A DNA stretch of 64,000 nucleotides from Felis catus. Its lineage: Eukaryota. The notes under the pieces were generated by a model. The model ran no database searches and was not told where the DNA came from. It saw nothing but the letters and a program-made list of their open reading frames with translations. This document shows positions 50,370 through 64,000 of the stretch, piece by piece. The stretch spans positions 158,722,001 to 158,786,000 of the forward strand of contig NC_058368.1 of assembly GCF_018350175.1 (NCBI RefSeq), read 5' to 3'. Positions within the stretch are counted from its first letter, which is position 1; each line of letters begins with the position of its first letter. A program made the translations under genes and the position numbers.

Positions 50370-51889
50370 GACATATAGTTCCATGAAGTATAGAACCACT
50401 AGTCTCTGATTTAAAGCATTTTATGGTAAATCAATTTCATCATTGAAAATGAAGCAATCTTTCTTACAGATTTTTATAAAGGAGTATCAGTATAATTATA
50501 CAGGGGAATATTATAGGATATGTTTACTAGGTGATCTCTCTCTCTTAGGTAGATACATTTATTTATTTTTGCTGATATCATTACATCTTCTCCCTAAACA
50601 TAATAGAAATCTCTGAAATATAAGAACATTCTGCTCTAGAGCCCAAATAAAAAAAAAATCTCCTTTTCACAAACAAGTATAAGAGATTTGTTGTGAACTC
50701 CAGCAGGAGGAATATGTTAGATAAAGGTAACTTTTCTTGAGCAAATGATTGTTGTTGTTGTTAATTTTATAGATATCCAATAATATGACTGACCTCTTTG
50801 TACTTGACTACTAGGATGCTTAGACCAAGTTTATGCCCCACATTTAGTATCCATATCTTTATTATTTATTTGTTTTTGCAATTGCTTTATTTTTTTCCTG
50901 GTTTCCTGATTCATGTTTTTTTTTTTTTTTTTTTTTTTTTTTTGCCCCATCTCAATATAGTATATGTGTATTTACGCCTTGCCTTAAATCCTTTTTGGTA
51001 TTTAAGTATGCATAAATAAGAAAATATTCCGTTTGTACTTAGGAGTAGTGTTTTCTGCAGAAACATATAGAACCTTTATCCTTACAAGTTTTTTTTAATT
51101 TGGTTAGGATACTATGAGAATACTTTGAGCTGGAATTGTGCTTAGAGAAGATTTAAACATCCATTGGCCTTTACCTTATATCTTCTTTCTCTTAGTCTTA
51201 AGGATAATGTCAATACGAATGGACTTATTTTCCTGTTGGGTTCTATTTTATCTTTTAAAAGAAGAGAATAACTTATGCAGGATCATTGAAGTAAAAGTGT
51301 CTCTTATTTGACTCAATATATCCAGATTCATTCTACTTGACTGAGAGCAGTCAAATGAAGAAATTCTGCTGTCTTTTGAAAAAGGGTTTGTAGAATATGA
51401 AAACATGGTAGAAAGGAGGTTCTGATGGTAGCTAGCAATTAACTGCATCTCAATTTACTTTTGATACATTAAAAATATTATAATACTCATGAAATTTTTT
51501 ACAATTTTTCTCTGTGTTGCCAAAGAGTCCAAAACTACCCCAAGGAAGGAAGCATATTACTTCCTTCCCCCCCCCCCCCCCCAGTTTTCCGTTTAAATCC
51601 TGCTGCTGCCAAGTTTGAGTGGAAAATCATTTCATTGCCAGTTGGCGACTTACATGACTCTTGGCCAAGAAAGCTATTTAAGCAACTTTGAAATCTGCTT
51701 AGATTTTTAGATCTGTGTGTGTGGTGCAACACCACTGCTCCTGGAGAACACTGGGAGGCATGCCATCCTCCCTGACATGCTTTCAAATATGACATAAATT
51801 TCATGTCATGGATGCCAGCATAACAAAAGAGCTCAGGGGAGAACCTTAACTCCATCTTGTGAGCTTCCTGACATAAATCTAAGGCGGTA

Positions 51890-52350
51890 CTATTACTACT
51901 ATTATTAGCACACACTGAGTAAGCACTAACTCTAGTGCTAGGAATTGTGCTAAGCCTTTAAGTGATTTTTAAATTTAGGGGTGCCTGGGTAGCTCAGTTG
52001 GTTAGGCATCTGACTTCACCTCAGGTCATGATCTCACAGTCCATGAATTTGAGCCCCACATTGGGCTCTGTGCTGACAGCTCAGCGCCTGGAATCTGCTT
52101 CGGATTCTGTGTCTCCCTCTCTGACCCTCCCCTGCTCGCTCTCTCTCTCTCTCTCTCTCTCAGAAATGAATAAACATAAAACAAAATTAAATTTAATCCT
52201 CCCAGCTGCTGTCTTGAGAGAGTTATGTTATCATACCCACTTTATGGATGAAGAAGCTATGACTTTAGAATTTAAGTCATTTGCCCAAGATCACATAGCT
52301 TGTTAGAATTGTGACTAAAACATTAGTGTTTGACTTTAATGTCCAGTGTT
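51890..52350 (-). mobile_element. MIR interrupted by a SINE
   Basis: TGTGCTAAGC..; CCCACTTTATGGATGAAGAAGCT..TTAAGTCATTTGCCCAAGATCACATAGCT. Confidence 0.75.
51978..52192 (+). mobile_element. Can-SINE
   Basis: Head, CT tract, A-rich tail. Confidence 0.94.
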
Positions 52351-53336
52351 AACCCATATGCTGTGACCACTCTATATGAGTTTGCATGTATACAAGGAGC
52401 CATACTATATTGCTGCTAAGACTTAGCTTGTAGTTTAAAAATATGTATATTTTTCTGATATAAGAGTGATATATAGGACTTGTATCTTTAAGTTAAAAAA
52501 AAACCACTTCATTTAATATTATTTTTCTATCTGCTATCAACTAGAGATTGCCTTTACACTGTAAAAAGAAATATAGCTCTAATATTACCTTGAGATTTAT
52601 GTGGCATCATTGGAACCTAGCATTAGGGGTAAAAAGAATATCTTTAAATCATTTTGATGGGAAATAGCATAATGGGTAGATGTGATGATGCTAGGAGTGA
52701 GGAAATGGATCTTATAATGTGATTCAACTTTGACTCAGATTATGATTTTAGAGAAAGACTCAGTGTTTTAATAGTTTTGATATCTTTTCCTTTAAATAAA
52801 GATGCATATAAATATAACATAATTAAGTGTATAAGATTTGAATTGTCTTTCTGAAGTAGGTGGACCAGCAACTAGATTGTAGGCTCATACTGTCTAAGTA
52901 ACTCATGTGTGCTGCCCAAACTGGACTTGTCTGTAAACAGGGGAAAACACCATTTATTCTCATAAAAGGAGGAGGGGAAAGCCAGGCTTGCCCATGTTGT
53001 ATGCAAGTTTTGAAGTTATACCTTCTTCATGCCTGACTTGGTTCTCATTCTGACTTGAGAGATCAGCTTTGGAGTTGGTTTCCAGTTTGGCTCTTTTTCC
53101 AAACCATTCAGCCAACTTGGCTCTATGTTTAAACTGTGTTTGCTACACTCCTCACCTTTGCCCATCACTCTAATTTTGGGTATTGCCTTTCACCCCGTTT
53201 TTATGGACTTACTGCACACAACATTACAAGTACATGCCTGGCGTTCCCACTCTTGTGGTGAGCTACTCTTAATCCAAAACTTAGTGCTTGTCTGAAAGAG
53301 ACAAGTGCTAGATGCCTAAGAAGTCACTATAAAGGA

Positions 53337-53561
53337 GGGGTGCCTGGGTGGCTTAGCCGGTTAAGCGTCCGACTTCAGCTCAGGTCATGATCTCATGGGT
53401 TGTGGGTTTGAGCCCTGCTTCGGGCTCTGTGCTGACAGCTTGGAGTCTGGAGCCTGCTTCTGATTCTGTGTCTCCCTCTCTCTCTGCCCCTCCCCTGCCC
53501 ATGCTGTCTCTCTACATCACTCAAAAAAATAAATAAATGTAAAAAAAAAAATTAAAAAAAA
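53337..53561 (+). mobile_element. Can-SINE
   Basis: TSD AAGAAGTCACTATA. Confidence 0.95.
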
Positions 53562-54367
53562 AGAAGTCACTATAGAGGAAAATGTTTTTTTTTTTAGAAG
53601 AAAATGTTTTAAAATACTACTTAGTATTCAAAAATTTCAGTATTTTATTATAGAATGATACTTATTTACATTATCATTTTTAAAGAATTTAAAATTCTTT
53701 ATTTATTGCTTATTTCCTAGAAATTTCAGGAGAGTTTGGACTAGAAGAGTATTGAAACATACATATCATAGTGGTTAGAACAGTGTTTATATTAATTTTT
53801 TTAAAGGCTAACTATGATTGTGAGAAGAACTCTCATAATGGCTACTTCAAAACTGCTTTTATAATTGAGATCTGACAAAAACTATAAAGATTTGAGAGAA
53901 AAATCCTAGTTTAGTTAATTTTATTATTTTTATACTTAGAAACATTTTTAACTATCTAGGAATTCATAATGTATGATATTATCTCTTTTGTCATTACTTG
54001 CCTACATTAAAAATATTGAAACTGCATTTCAAAGCATTAATTTAAAATAAGGTTTAGAGAAAAATGGAAAACACCATAAACTTGACAACTATTTTATATT
54101 GTTTCAGATTATATTCTTTTTTACAACTTTGACATATATTATGTATATTTTGATCATGCATCCTTTTAAAGTTACCATATTAATGGGTATACTAGTCCAT
54201 TACATTGGTCTAACCTTGGTTATTTAACTATTCTTTAGTTGTGGAATATCTTTTACTTATTAAGTCATTTATTTAAAAATATGTTATCTATTAAGTGCTA
54301 TGGTTGCCAGGCAGCAACTCTGTAAAGAAGGTAAACATAGTTTCTTGCCTGCTTTGAGTTTATGAGT

Positions 54368-54601
54368 AATTTTATTTTATTTTTAAAAAATTTTTTTAAC
54401 GTTTATTTATTTTTGAGACAGAGAAAGACAGGGCATGAATGGGGGAGGGTCAGAGAGAGAGGGAGACACAGAATCTGAAACAGGCTCCAGGCTCTGAGCA
54501 GTCAGCACAGAGCCCGACGGCGGGGCTCTAACTCACATACCGCGAGATCGTGACCTGAGCCGAAGTCGGACGCTTAACTGACTGAGCCACCCAGGCGCCC
54601 C
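54368..54601 (-). mobile_element. Can-SINE (felid) inside an L2 remnant
   Basis: TSD TATGAGTAATTTTA. Confidence 0.96.
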
Positions 54602-55829
54602 TATGAGTAATTTTAGTACACAGTGAAAAATGTCATGACCGAGAAAATGCAGGATTTTGTAGTTTCCACGGATAGGGGCAGAATCTAAACGGTGTGGACA
54701 TGGGATGAGAAGAGAGGGTTATAAAACATCACAGAGCAAATGTTCTTTTAGAGACTCCAAATATGAATAGGACTTAGCTATAGTGGATGAGAGAGTGTTC
54801 TGGTGGAGTCATGAACATTGAAGACAAGAGAGAACAGGGCATGTTCAGATACTGAAGAAAAATCCCATATGGCTAGAGGATAAAGTATCAGAGAGAAATC
54901 TGAGCACTGGGGAAAACGAAGAAATGGGAATATAGAGGATCCAAAACTCAAAAAATAATGGAATTCTCAAGACTGTAGCAGGTTAAGGGAGAAACTCACC
55001 CATATTGAAGCAGGGAAGCAGAAAGTTCTGGAATGGGTGTGTCCAGCAGAAAACTGAACTCCATGTAACAAAATAGAATCAAAAGGAAGACAAGATAAAT
55101 GTAAGGATATAACTCAGGCTTGTAATCCTCCCATCTCCTTTTTAAAGAAAAATGAAAGGCATTCAGAAACTCCAGGAAAAAACAAACAGCTTATAACTTA
55201 AGCCATAGTCCATATATGAAGCTAATTAAAATATGGCTTGATTTTAAGCACTTCATATAATGGAAGAAAAGAATTGCATTTTACAGTGATGCTAGGGACA
55301 CTATTGTGAGAAGCCATGAAGTAGTTACATTGGACCTATTGAAAAGTTACCAAGATAGCTGGTTCAAGAGCTAAGAATAACAGTGTTGTTATCAATGTTT
55401 GGGACACAGGAGGAGAGAGATTTTGTGTAAGTGAGCCAAAGTCTTATCTTTCATACTAAGGTCAGTTAATAGAGGTCACCTCAAAGTGGTAAATCAAGGA
55501 GAGAAATGCACATATTATTTAGGATTGGAATTAAATACCAGAAGAACCCAAACAGAAACAGTTAGCAAAATTTACCTATGGACTCTTGGAAGGAAGAGAG
55601 GCAGAATGGGAGATTCTCAATTTTCATCATAAGCATAAGGATTTGATTTTTTTTCTATTTTCTTGTTTTACATTATCGTAACTAAACTTGTTTTTAGATG
55701 TGATGTTACTTCTTTTTCTTTGTTTCTGGCACTTCTATTTCTCACTTGTCTTTGTCCAGAACTTCACAGTCATCTGACCATTTTTCTTCCCTTGCCTCAA
55801 TTTCACATCAATTACCAAATTCCACTGTA

Positions 55830-56277
55830 TATGCTACTAGACTAAGTGCTGCTTTGATCCCAGCTAACATCATAAAAGCAAGACCTGAAAGAATCAAGTT
55901 GTTTCCAAGAAACTTAACTATATCCCAGAACGAAGCTCAAGAAGATTTATAGGCATACACAAATATCAAGTGGTCAACAAGGCAAAATTCTGAGTGGTAT
56001 CCATTTGGAGATGACCAGGCATGTAAAGAAGCAGGAAGAGAGGGCCCATAAAGAGAAGTAAAATCAATCAACTGAAACCAATTCAGAACTGATATAGATG
56101 TTATAACTAGTAGGACATTAAAACCATTATAACTGCGTTTCATGTGTTCAAAAAGTTAAGTACATAGAAGGTATAGGAAAGATCCAAATGGAGCCTTTAG
56201 AGATTAAAACAACAACCTCTGATGAAAAATACAAAGGATGGTATATTAGGGTTATCTAGAGAAACAGAATGAATAGG

Positions 56278-56313
<36 letters not shown>

Positions 56314-56900
56314 AAATACATATATATTATATATAAATACATTTATTTTTTTATAATTTATTTTAAGGAATTGACTTGTGATAATAGGGGCTAGCAATGA
56401 TCTGAAATGATCAGGACAGGCCAGCAGGCTGGGAAATTCCTGCAGTAATTGATGCTGCATTGTTGAGTTTGGAGGCTTTCTAGAGACAGAATTCCTTTCT
56501 CCTTGTGGGGGGGGGGGGGTTCATTTTTTTTTCTCTTAAGGTCTTCAACTAATTGAATGAGATCCATATACACTATGGATGGTAATCTGCTTTATTCAAA
56601 GTCTAAAAATTTAAATGTTAATCACATCTAAAAAATATCTTCACAATACCTAGGCTGGTGGATCACCAAAAAACTGGGCACCATAGCCTAGCAAAGTTGG
56701 CACATAAATTAACCATCACAGATGGGATTAATAACAGGTTAGACATTCAATAGAAAAAAAAATTAGTAAACTTGAAAACATGGCAATTGAATGATTAAAA
56801 CAAAAACACAGAGAAATGAGAGAATAAAAAGAAACAGAATGTCAGTGAGCTGTGGGACAAGTTCAGTCAGCCTAAATACCTGTAATTAGAGTTCAGTAGA
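55830..56900 (+). mobile_element. Old L1 (L1MC/MD-like) 5'/ORF1 region
   Basis: AAAAGCAAGACCTGAAAGAATCAAG, AAATCAATCAACTGAAACC, CAGTGAGCTGTGGGACAA. Confidence 0.75.
56242..56720 (-). mobile_element. MLT2 (ERVL) solo LTR with internal (TG)n
   Basis: TATTAGGGTTATCTAGAGAAACAGAA..AATTAACCATCACA; 5-bp TSD GATGG (56237-56241 / 56721-56725). Confidence 0.9.
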
Positions 56901-59070
56901 CACTTTTCAGTCCTTATTTACTTGGCCTTTCAGCAGCTTTTGACACTGCTGACCATTTCCACCTTTTCAAAATATTTCATTTTCTTGGTACCAAGTTCTG
57001 TTGGTATTCCTCCTCTTTGGTTGCTTATTCTTTGTCTCCTTTTCAGTTCCTCTGCCTTCTCCTTTCTTTAATCTTTGTTAGGTTCCTTTGTTTTCTAATT
57101 CTCTATACTCTTTCTGTGTGACCTCATTTGCTGTCATGCCACCAGTTACCATCTCCATGCTTACTCCAAAGTCATCTTTAATTCAGAACGCTTCTGAGCA
57201 GGTGACCCAAATATCAGATTGCCTGCTGGATTTTTACCCATTGACATTTCACAGGCATTACAATTTCAATGTAATCATAACTGAATTCACCCTCTTTCCC
57301 TAACTCCCAACCTGCTACACTCCTGCATTTCCTGTTTTACTGAATATGTCCACTCCTGTGGCTAAGCTTGAAATCTTGGCATCTCCTAGACTCCTTTGAC
57401 TCCTTCATTTCCCCTCAGTCACGAAGGCCTGCTAATTCTACCTTCCGAATGTTTTCTAGAATATGCATATTCCTTTTGTTTTCATTGCTCTCAGTTTAGG
57501 CCAGAGAGCTGATATCTCTCTTGGTTTATGCCAAAAATATCCTAATTATGGTTCTCTGTCTGTAGGTTTCCTAGTTCTAATCAGTTTGCTATATAGTGAG
57601 ATGAGTATCTGAGAAGGTCATTCTTAAAATCCTTTAAGTGGCTCCTACTAACCTTAGGCTGAAGTCCAAATGCATTATAAACATTTGTGCAATCTCTCAT
57701 TCACCTTTTACCACCCCTGTCCCACCCTATGTAGCCATACAGAACCTTGTATATAGTTATTGAATTGAACTGAAATGCATGGATAGGCCTCTGGGTCTAC
57801 CTAAAGCAGTTTTCAAAATGACTTGTGTTTGTGCATTCTCTGCCTGTTTCAGCACATTCTTTAAGGAATCTGGCTCAAGGGGCTAGTTTGGTATGGCTGG
57901 GGTCACTCCATGCTCCAGTTTCTTTATATATCCAAATCCCTCCTGCATCTTTTTGACTTCTGGAGAGTAAGGAGGTGACCACAATTGGCTAGAGCAAGCT
58001 GATGAAGTTCAGACTGGAAAGAAACTCCTCCCTAGGCAAATTAAGGCCTTCATTATCCTGTATGAGGATGACTGTGATAGTTTCCTAACTGGTATTTCTG
58101 CTTTCTGTCTTCTCTAGTCCATCCTACAATCTGTTGGCAAAGTCATTAAAAAAGTACAGAAGTACAGGCCTGATCATGTCGTTCCTTATTTAAAACTCTT
58201 TAATGGCTCACCCTGATCCTGAGAATGATGTACATTTTCACTGTGGCTGAATTACTCCCTGTTCTGGTCTCTGCCTGCTTCTCCATCCAGAGCTCTTACT
58301 CTCACATGGGATAGCTGAAGCCCCTGAATGTCTGGGTTATTTTTGTGCCTTTGTTTATTCCACTTATTTGACCCTCTTTTTCCATTATCATTTCTTTCTT
58401 TATCTGTGTTCCAACTTTCTTCATAGAGCTTGAAGGACTTGGGTGCCTGACACATAGGAACTATTCTATCATGTGGTTTATGAAAGACTGAGTGACTGAC
58501 AGACCAAATGAAAAGATAAGCGTGTGAATTCCATTCCCTCTTAGAAACCAAAACCAAAATCCTTTCCTTTACAATGCTTACTCTTTGCCCTTGTCCTAAT
58601 TTTCTTATTTTCAATTTGGTGATAACCTTTAAAAAGAGTGATAAATACTCCATTGCTTTTGTTTATTTTATTTATTTCTCAACCCTTTGTAATGGCTCTT
58701 GTCTTCATAATTTTACTGAAATCATTTACTTAACACATCCATGCATCCTTCTTGCCATATTCAGTGCCTTTCTCTTTGCTATTCTTACTTTCTTTCGTTT
58801 TGCATATCCTACCACCATCTCAAACTCAAGCATGTCTAATAACTAAATACTCTAATATTCTTTTCACATCAATTTTCCACCTAGGAACTTCTTTCTACCA
58901 GTTGCAGAACTAGTCACCCAATCTCAGATCCTTGAGTTTATCATCCCTCTTGCTATCCACTGAACTTTTTGGTGTTTTCTTTTGTAATATTTCCTTTCAT
59001 TCTGGATAATATGCACAGTTACTGCACTAGTCCACAGTTCTGTCATTTCACTGATGCATGTTTGCAATAA
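56895..59070 (+). mobile_element. Dispersed L2 fragments
   Basis: CTTTCAGCAGCTTTTGACACTGCTGACCA (RT-domain D-x-S-x-A-F-D like), TGATCATGTC..TTAAAACTCTTTAATGGCTC, CATCTCAAACTCAAGCATGTC. Confidence 0.7.
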
Positions 59071-59077
59071 ACTTCTA

Positions 59078-59355
59078 GATGTCTAATGAAATATGAGACA
59101 CATATATAATTTTAAATTGTCTAGTAGCATCATTTAAAAACATGAAAAAGTAAAATTTATTATTATACTTTATCCAAAATAGTATTTCAAAATGTGATTA
59201 ACATAAGCATTATTAATGAGTTTTTTAATATATTTTTCCTAGTCTTTGGAATCTAGTTTGTATTTTATACTTAGACCACATCTCAAGTCAGACTAGGACA
59301 TTTCCAGTGCTCAATAACTACATATAACTAGTGGCTGCTACATTGGATAGCACAG
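59078..59355. mobile_element. MER3/MER33-like hAT-Charlie element
   Basis: CATTTCCAGTGCTCAATAACTACAT..CTAGTGGCTGCTACATTGGATAGCACAG end. Confidence 0.8.
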
Positions 59356-59774
59356 AGGGTAGCCCGTCTCCTTTACTCTAAATTTTTGCTTGTTCCAATG
59401 GAATCTGCATCCTACCATCACACCCATTATCCTTCAGTACTATTTTCATCACAAACATGAAGAAAAGACTCTATGGTTACTTTCGTTTGGGTTCCCTGGA
59501 AAGACCTATCTTTTTGTGTAGTTTAATGCAACAATGGCCATCAATTATTTTCATGTATCCAACATTATTTTCAGCTTACCTAACATTATTTCAACTTATT
59601 CAACATTATACCACCAGACACAGTTACATCGGTCCTTTTCAATAAATTGATCTTTTTGCTCTCTACTCCATGAACATATCTACCTCATTTCTACTCTTTG
59701 GTCTTAACTCACACAGTTCTTGTTACTTTGCTGATTTCTTCTCTTCTTAGCTCCCAATTCCCAATCAAATTCTT

Positions 59775-60005
59775 CTTTCTTTTTTTTTTAAATTTTTTTT
59801 TAACGTTTATTTTATTTTTGAGACAGAGAGAGACAGAGCATGAACGGGGGAGGGTCAGAGAGAGAGGGAGACACAGAATCTGAAGCAGGCTCCAGGCTCT
59901 GAGCTGTCAGCACAGAGCCCGACGCGGGGCTGGAACTCACGGACCGCGAGATCATGACCTGAGCCGAAGTCGGCCGCTCAACAGACTGAGCCATCCAGGC
60001 ACCCC
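59775..60005 (-). mobile_element. Can-SINE (felid)
   Basis: TSD TCAAATTCTTCTTTCTTT. Confidence 0.96.
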
Positions 60006-60224
60006 TCAAATTCTTCTTTCTTTATGAAGGTTTTCCTGACTAGTACATAGAGGGAAAAGTGCTGTTGTTCAGATGTGAACATATCAATAAATAGTGTAAT
60101 TAACAGTATAATTATAGTTTGTTGCACTTTCTTTACTAAAATAAAATAAGAAAAATTGATAGCATGGAAAAAAGTTATCTTGATTATGTACTTATTAATA
60201 ATTATGATAATTATTATAATTATC

Positions 60225-60339
60225 TCTGTCAGCACAGAGCTCAATGCAAGGTTCCATTCCATGAACCGTGAGATCGATGACCTAAGTGAGCAGAGATCCA
60301 GAGTTAGATGGTTAAATGACTGAGCCACGCAGGTGTCCC
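60225..60339 (-). mobile_element. Can-SINE 5' half
   Basis: CTGTCAGCACAGAGC..TGAGCCACGCAGGTGTCCC; 3' half replaced by ATT-rich low-complexity sequence. Confidence 0.85.
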
Positions 60340-61262
60340 TGAAAAGTAGAATTCTAGTCAGTACTGGACAGATTGGAATAATGACCTTATTTTACATGGA
60401 GTACTCCTTCTAATTGCTAAGAGCTTCATGTTATTTTTACATACTTTATTTATTACCACAATAGCCAAATTCTTTCTTTGATACTGACCAAGATTCTTCA
60501 TTTATCTTGTCTCCAAATTTCATTGTTAATAATTTTTCAGTTGAAAATTCATTTGCTTATTTTACAGCATATAATTTTTCTTCATTAAGAGGGTATTTAC
60601 ATGCTTGAAAATCCTTTGTTTCAAAATATTTACATTTTCTACCACCTTAAATTATCTCTTGCTTTTACTAAGACTGTATTAAAATGGTAAATTTAGGAGA
60701 GGTTTGAGAACTTTTTTTCTTACATTGTTTTAGTTTCCTTCAATTTCTATATACTTTATGAGAATCTAGCCTTTACTACCTCAATGGAAATGAAATATAT
60801 TTGTCAAATCAGTGGAAAATCTGGCATTAAATATGTGTATGGAGTGGATTAGTTGCAATAATATTTAGTTGGTTTTCTAACTTATTTTCTTTCTATTTTA
60901 AATTGAACTGGAAAAATCTCATACAAAAGTTTTTAAGAATATAGGTGCCTGAATTATGAATTGCTTGAGCCTTCCTTGTTAAAAAATAGACATTTTGGAA
61001 AAGAGGATATCATTTTGTTAATTCAAAAATGCCTCTCTACCTTTTTATTTTGCATTGATCTTAAAACTCTTAAAAGGAATGTAGCCATGAAACTGAATGG
61101 GTTTATTATTAATACTGTAAAAAGAAGCCTGCATCTATACCTCATGACCCTTTATGGGAAATCTTTCTTGACAAAAGAATTTTAAGAAATAGATAAGAAG
61201 AGATATGGGAATCTGGGCAGTCTTTTCTACTAATCATAGGATCCCAGTCTCTTCAACAGTAT

Positions 61263-61340
61263 CTTTATTTTTTTTAAGTTTATTTATTCTGAGAGAGAGA
61301 GAGAGAGAGAGAGAGTGAGCATATGTGAGCAATTGGCGGA
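61263..61340 (-). mobile_element. Can-SINE 3' tail fragment
   Basis: TTTATTTATTCTGAGAGAGA..; head missing. Confidence 0.7.
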
Positions 61341-62569
61341 GTGACTTTTAAAGTAACTATCTCTATTATTCTGCTTTTCAATGCAGAATTATAACAGTAA
61401 TTGTACCTAAGTGGGGATAGAATTCCACTTCATTTGCCTAACCCCAGATGGACCCCACTTTTCTGAGAAACATGTGGCTTCCAATAGTGTTTTGCTTGGA
61501 AAATCTTTTACAGCAGAGCTATGTATACATTCTTGTTAACTATGCAAATTTTATTGAACTAATCTTAATGGAGAAAATTGTTTAGTAGCTTTAAAGCTTC
61601 TATTTCTAAAACAGTAAATTGTTCTTATTTTAACTCAAGTGACTTCACCTAAGTTAAGCCACCTCAGATATACAGTTTTACTTAACAGGTTTCTCATCAA
61701 TGTTTTGTTGTTTTTGGAAACATTCAGAAAGAAACTTAAAAGCCGAGTTTTATCTAAAGCAAAACACAGGCTTTATCATCTTAAAATTTATTCTCTTTCT
61801 AATTGAATCGCTTGGAAAACATTGTTTTGTAGTATTAGCTTAACCTCTGAAGTACACATTATGCTCTTAATAGAATCTCTCCACCTGTTTTACAAAAAGA
61901 AATTCTTAGCTGAATGGAAAACCCAACTTGTGAAATTCTTGTTGCCTGATCTGAAGTAATAGAGTGTTGAAATGTACCACAGCCTGCAAAGTGAACTGCA
62001 AAGAAATGGTCAGGTACTTGTTCTGTGTAGGGAGATTGTGAAGCTAGGATTTTCTTTTTGAAATAGCCTTTTCTTGTAAAAGGAATAGGGAAATATATAG
62101 ATGCTTGTAGCTACTATATTTGATTAAGTCTAATATGCTATGGATTGTAAATTTCACTATTAATTTATGTACCTCTAAGTAAGAAAAAGCATTACCAAAT
62201 AAACCATGACATACCTTAGGTTGAAATTCTCATCCTAATTTTGAATTGTTAAAATGTGAAAAAAGTCATTGTAAAGTTGATGAAATACAACATTTTTATA
62301 CAATCTCCTAATCTAAACTTTGAGACTTGTCTCATTAAGATAGTTTGACTTTTTGGTTAAAGCTTAACTGAAGTGAGTGCATGGTCAAATAAGAAATATT
62401 TCTAATTTTTTTAAAGCAAAATTTTGGTTTGCTTGATGTTTTAAAGTGAGAGAAAATTTAAATGTCTAGTGACCTTGAAAGAATTAGATGGTAAATGCCT
62501 ATTGACCATTCTGAGTGAGAATCCCACACTAAAAGTTGTTAAGAACAACATTGGGACAGACTTAGGAAC

Positions 62570-62587
62570 ATTCTTTTTCTTTCTTTC

Positions 62588-62651
<64 letters not shown>

Positions 62652-62848
62652 TCCTTCTTCATTCCTTCATTCATTTATTGAGAGAGGATGCACTCAAGGG
62701 ACAGAAGTAGAGGGAAAGAGAGAATCTTAAGCAAGCTCCACACCCAGCATGGAACCTGAGGTGGGACTGGATCTCATGACCTTGAGATCATGACCTGAGC
62801 CAAAATCAAGAGTAGGACACTTAATTGACTGAGTCACCCAGGTGCCCC
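62570..62848 (-). mobile_element. Can-SINE with (TTTC)n tail
   Basis: Head ends GAGTCACCCAGGTGCCCC. Confidence 0.93.
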
Positions 62849-64000
62849 AGGAGTATTCATTTTAAAAGTTAATTTCAAGGAGAGGGAAAAAAAAAAGGCA
62901 CTCTAGATGGTGGGAAGATAGGACAAAATGGTATCTTAAATGGTTTATCAGTGCTCTTTGGAAGGAACTGAGAGATGTTAAGGAGATATCAGCAGCTATA
63001 TTCCATGTGCCACAGGCATACTAACCTCACTAATCTAAAATTGAGAGACCCCTGAACTAGTTTGTAGATTAAGAAAGTGAAATAGACAATATTTCAAATA
63101 GTGGAAGCAAATGGCATGTTACTTAATTATGATATGAGTTTTTGTTTCTTTTAAATCTTCTTTTAGCTGAAGTATTTTTAAGGTATTAGTAGGAAAAGTA
63201 GCTGATCAGTTAATTTACTGTTGTCTAAATATGTGTATTGAAATTTACGAAGCTGGTTTGATAAACGATTTTGTTTTTTACATGAAAACATGCAGAGAAG
63301 AAAAGCTTCATTTTATCTAAAGCATGATAGTGGCTTATCAAATATATCCTTGTTTTTCTCAAATAATATTTTTATTACCACTTTTGCTCTAAAATATTCA
63401 GTTGTTTCCTTGTTTTCCTACTCTTCAAATGGTAAAATCTGCTCTTGTTATTATGGCTTTCAACATCCATTAAAATCTGACCTCAGTTTACTAATTTAAC
63501 TTTTTCCATTCTTCAGTTACATAATTTTTTATTCTTTGAAAAAGAAAAGTAAAAAGGAAATAAAGTAAGTAAGTAATTTGGAAAAACAAAGCACACTAAA
63601 GGTGATACGTCTCAGGCTCTGTTTTTTTGGGAAGTTATCATCTATCAGGAGATTTGCAACCTACTAGTTCAAGGACTCTGACTTTCATTCACCTCTAGTT
63701 TGTTAGTATTTTCTGTAGTTAGAGTCTTGTTCACTTTACTCTCTTGCTGTCATTGAATCTGATCAGAATATTCACATTTTTTATTAAAGTTAGGAACCAA
63801 CTCTAGGGCTTAGCAGGTTTTGAGTGTTCCCTAATAACATACATGTTCTCTAATAACCTAACTAGAACTCTAGATTCCCAATTCAATTTTCATATTCCCT
63901 CCTCCCTTTGGGTTTTCACTACCTCCAATAGATCCCAAACTACATCTTAAATTCCTGAAGAGAGTTTTTCCAACACAGCTCATTAATTCAGGGCCTATTG

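Noticed and set aside
61950..62020. Possible exon encoding SVEMYHSLQSELQRNGQ
   Set aside because: Weak acceptor without a pyrimidine tract; peptide not recognised

Overview
AT-rich mammalian DNA from a cat-family (Felidae) genome, shown by about 37 tRNA-derived Can-SINEs, including the young felid SINEC_Fc type. No protein-coding exon, structural RNA gene or CRISPR array can be supported; the listed ORFs are antisense or microsatellite read-throughs of repeats, or chance ORFs. The window looks like a deep intron or intergenic region layered with LINE1, LINE2, MIR, LTR and DNA-transposon relics. TE family names come from recall of consensus sequences, not from a database search, and many boundaries are approximate. 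Most notable: (1) two solo ERV1-type LTRs (9593-10305 minus, 10699-11404 plus), each with its own 4-bp TSD and 393 bp apart, form a ~700-bp inverted repeat whose cores are almost identical while their ends have diverged, a gene-conversion signature; (2) a decayed piggyBac-type transposase fossil at ~16450-17650 that the ORF track misses; (3) a deletion junction carrying a locally templated 70-bp insertion at ~35.6 kb; (4) a degenerate repeat-spacer array at 43.3-44.0 kb; (5) several repeat-free islands with motif or hairpin clusters that may be regulatory.
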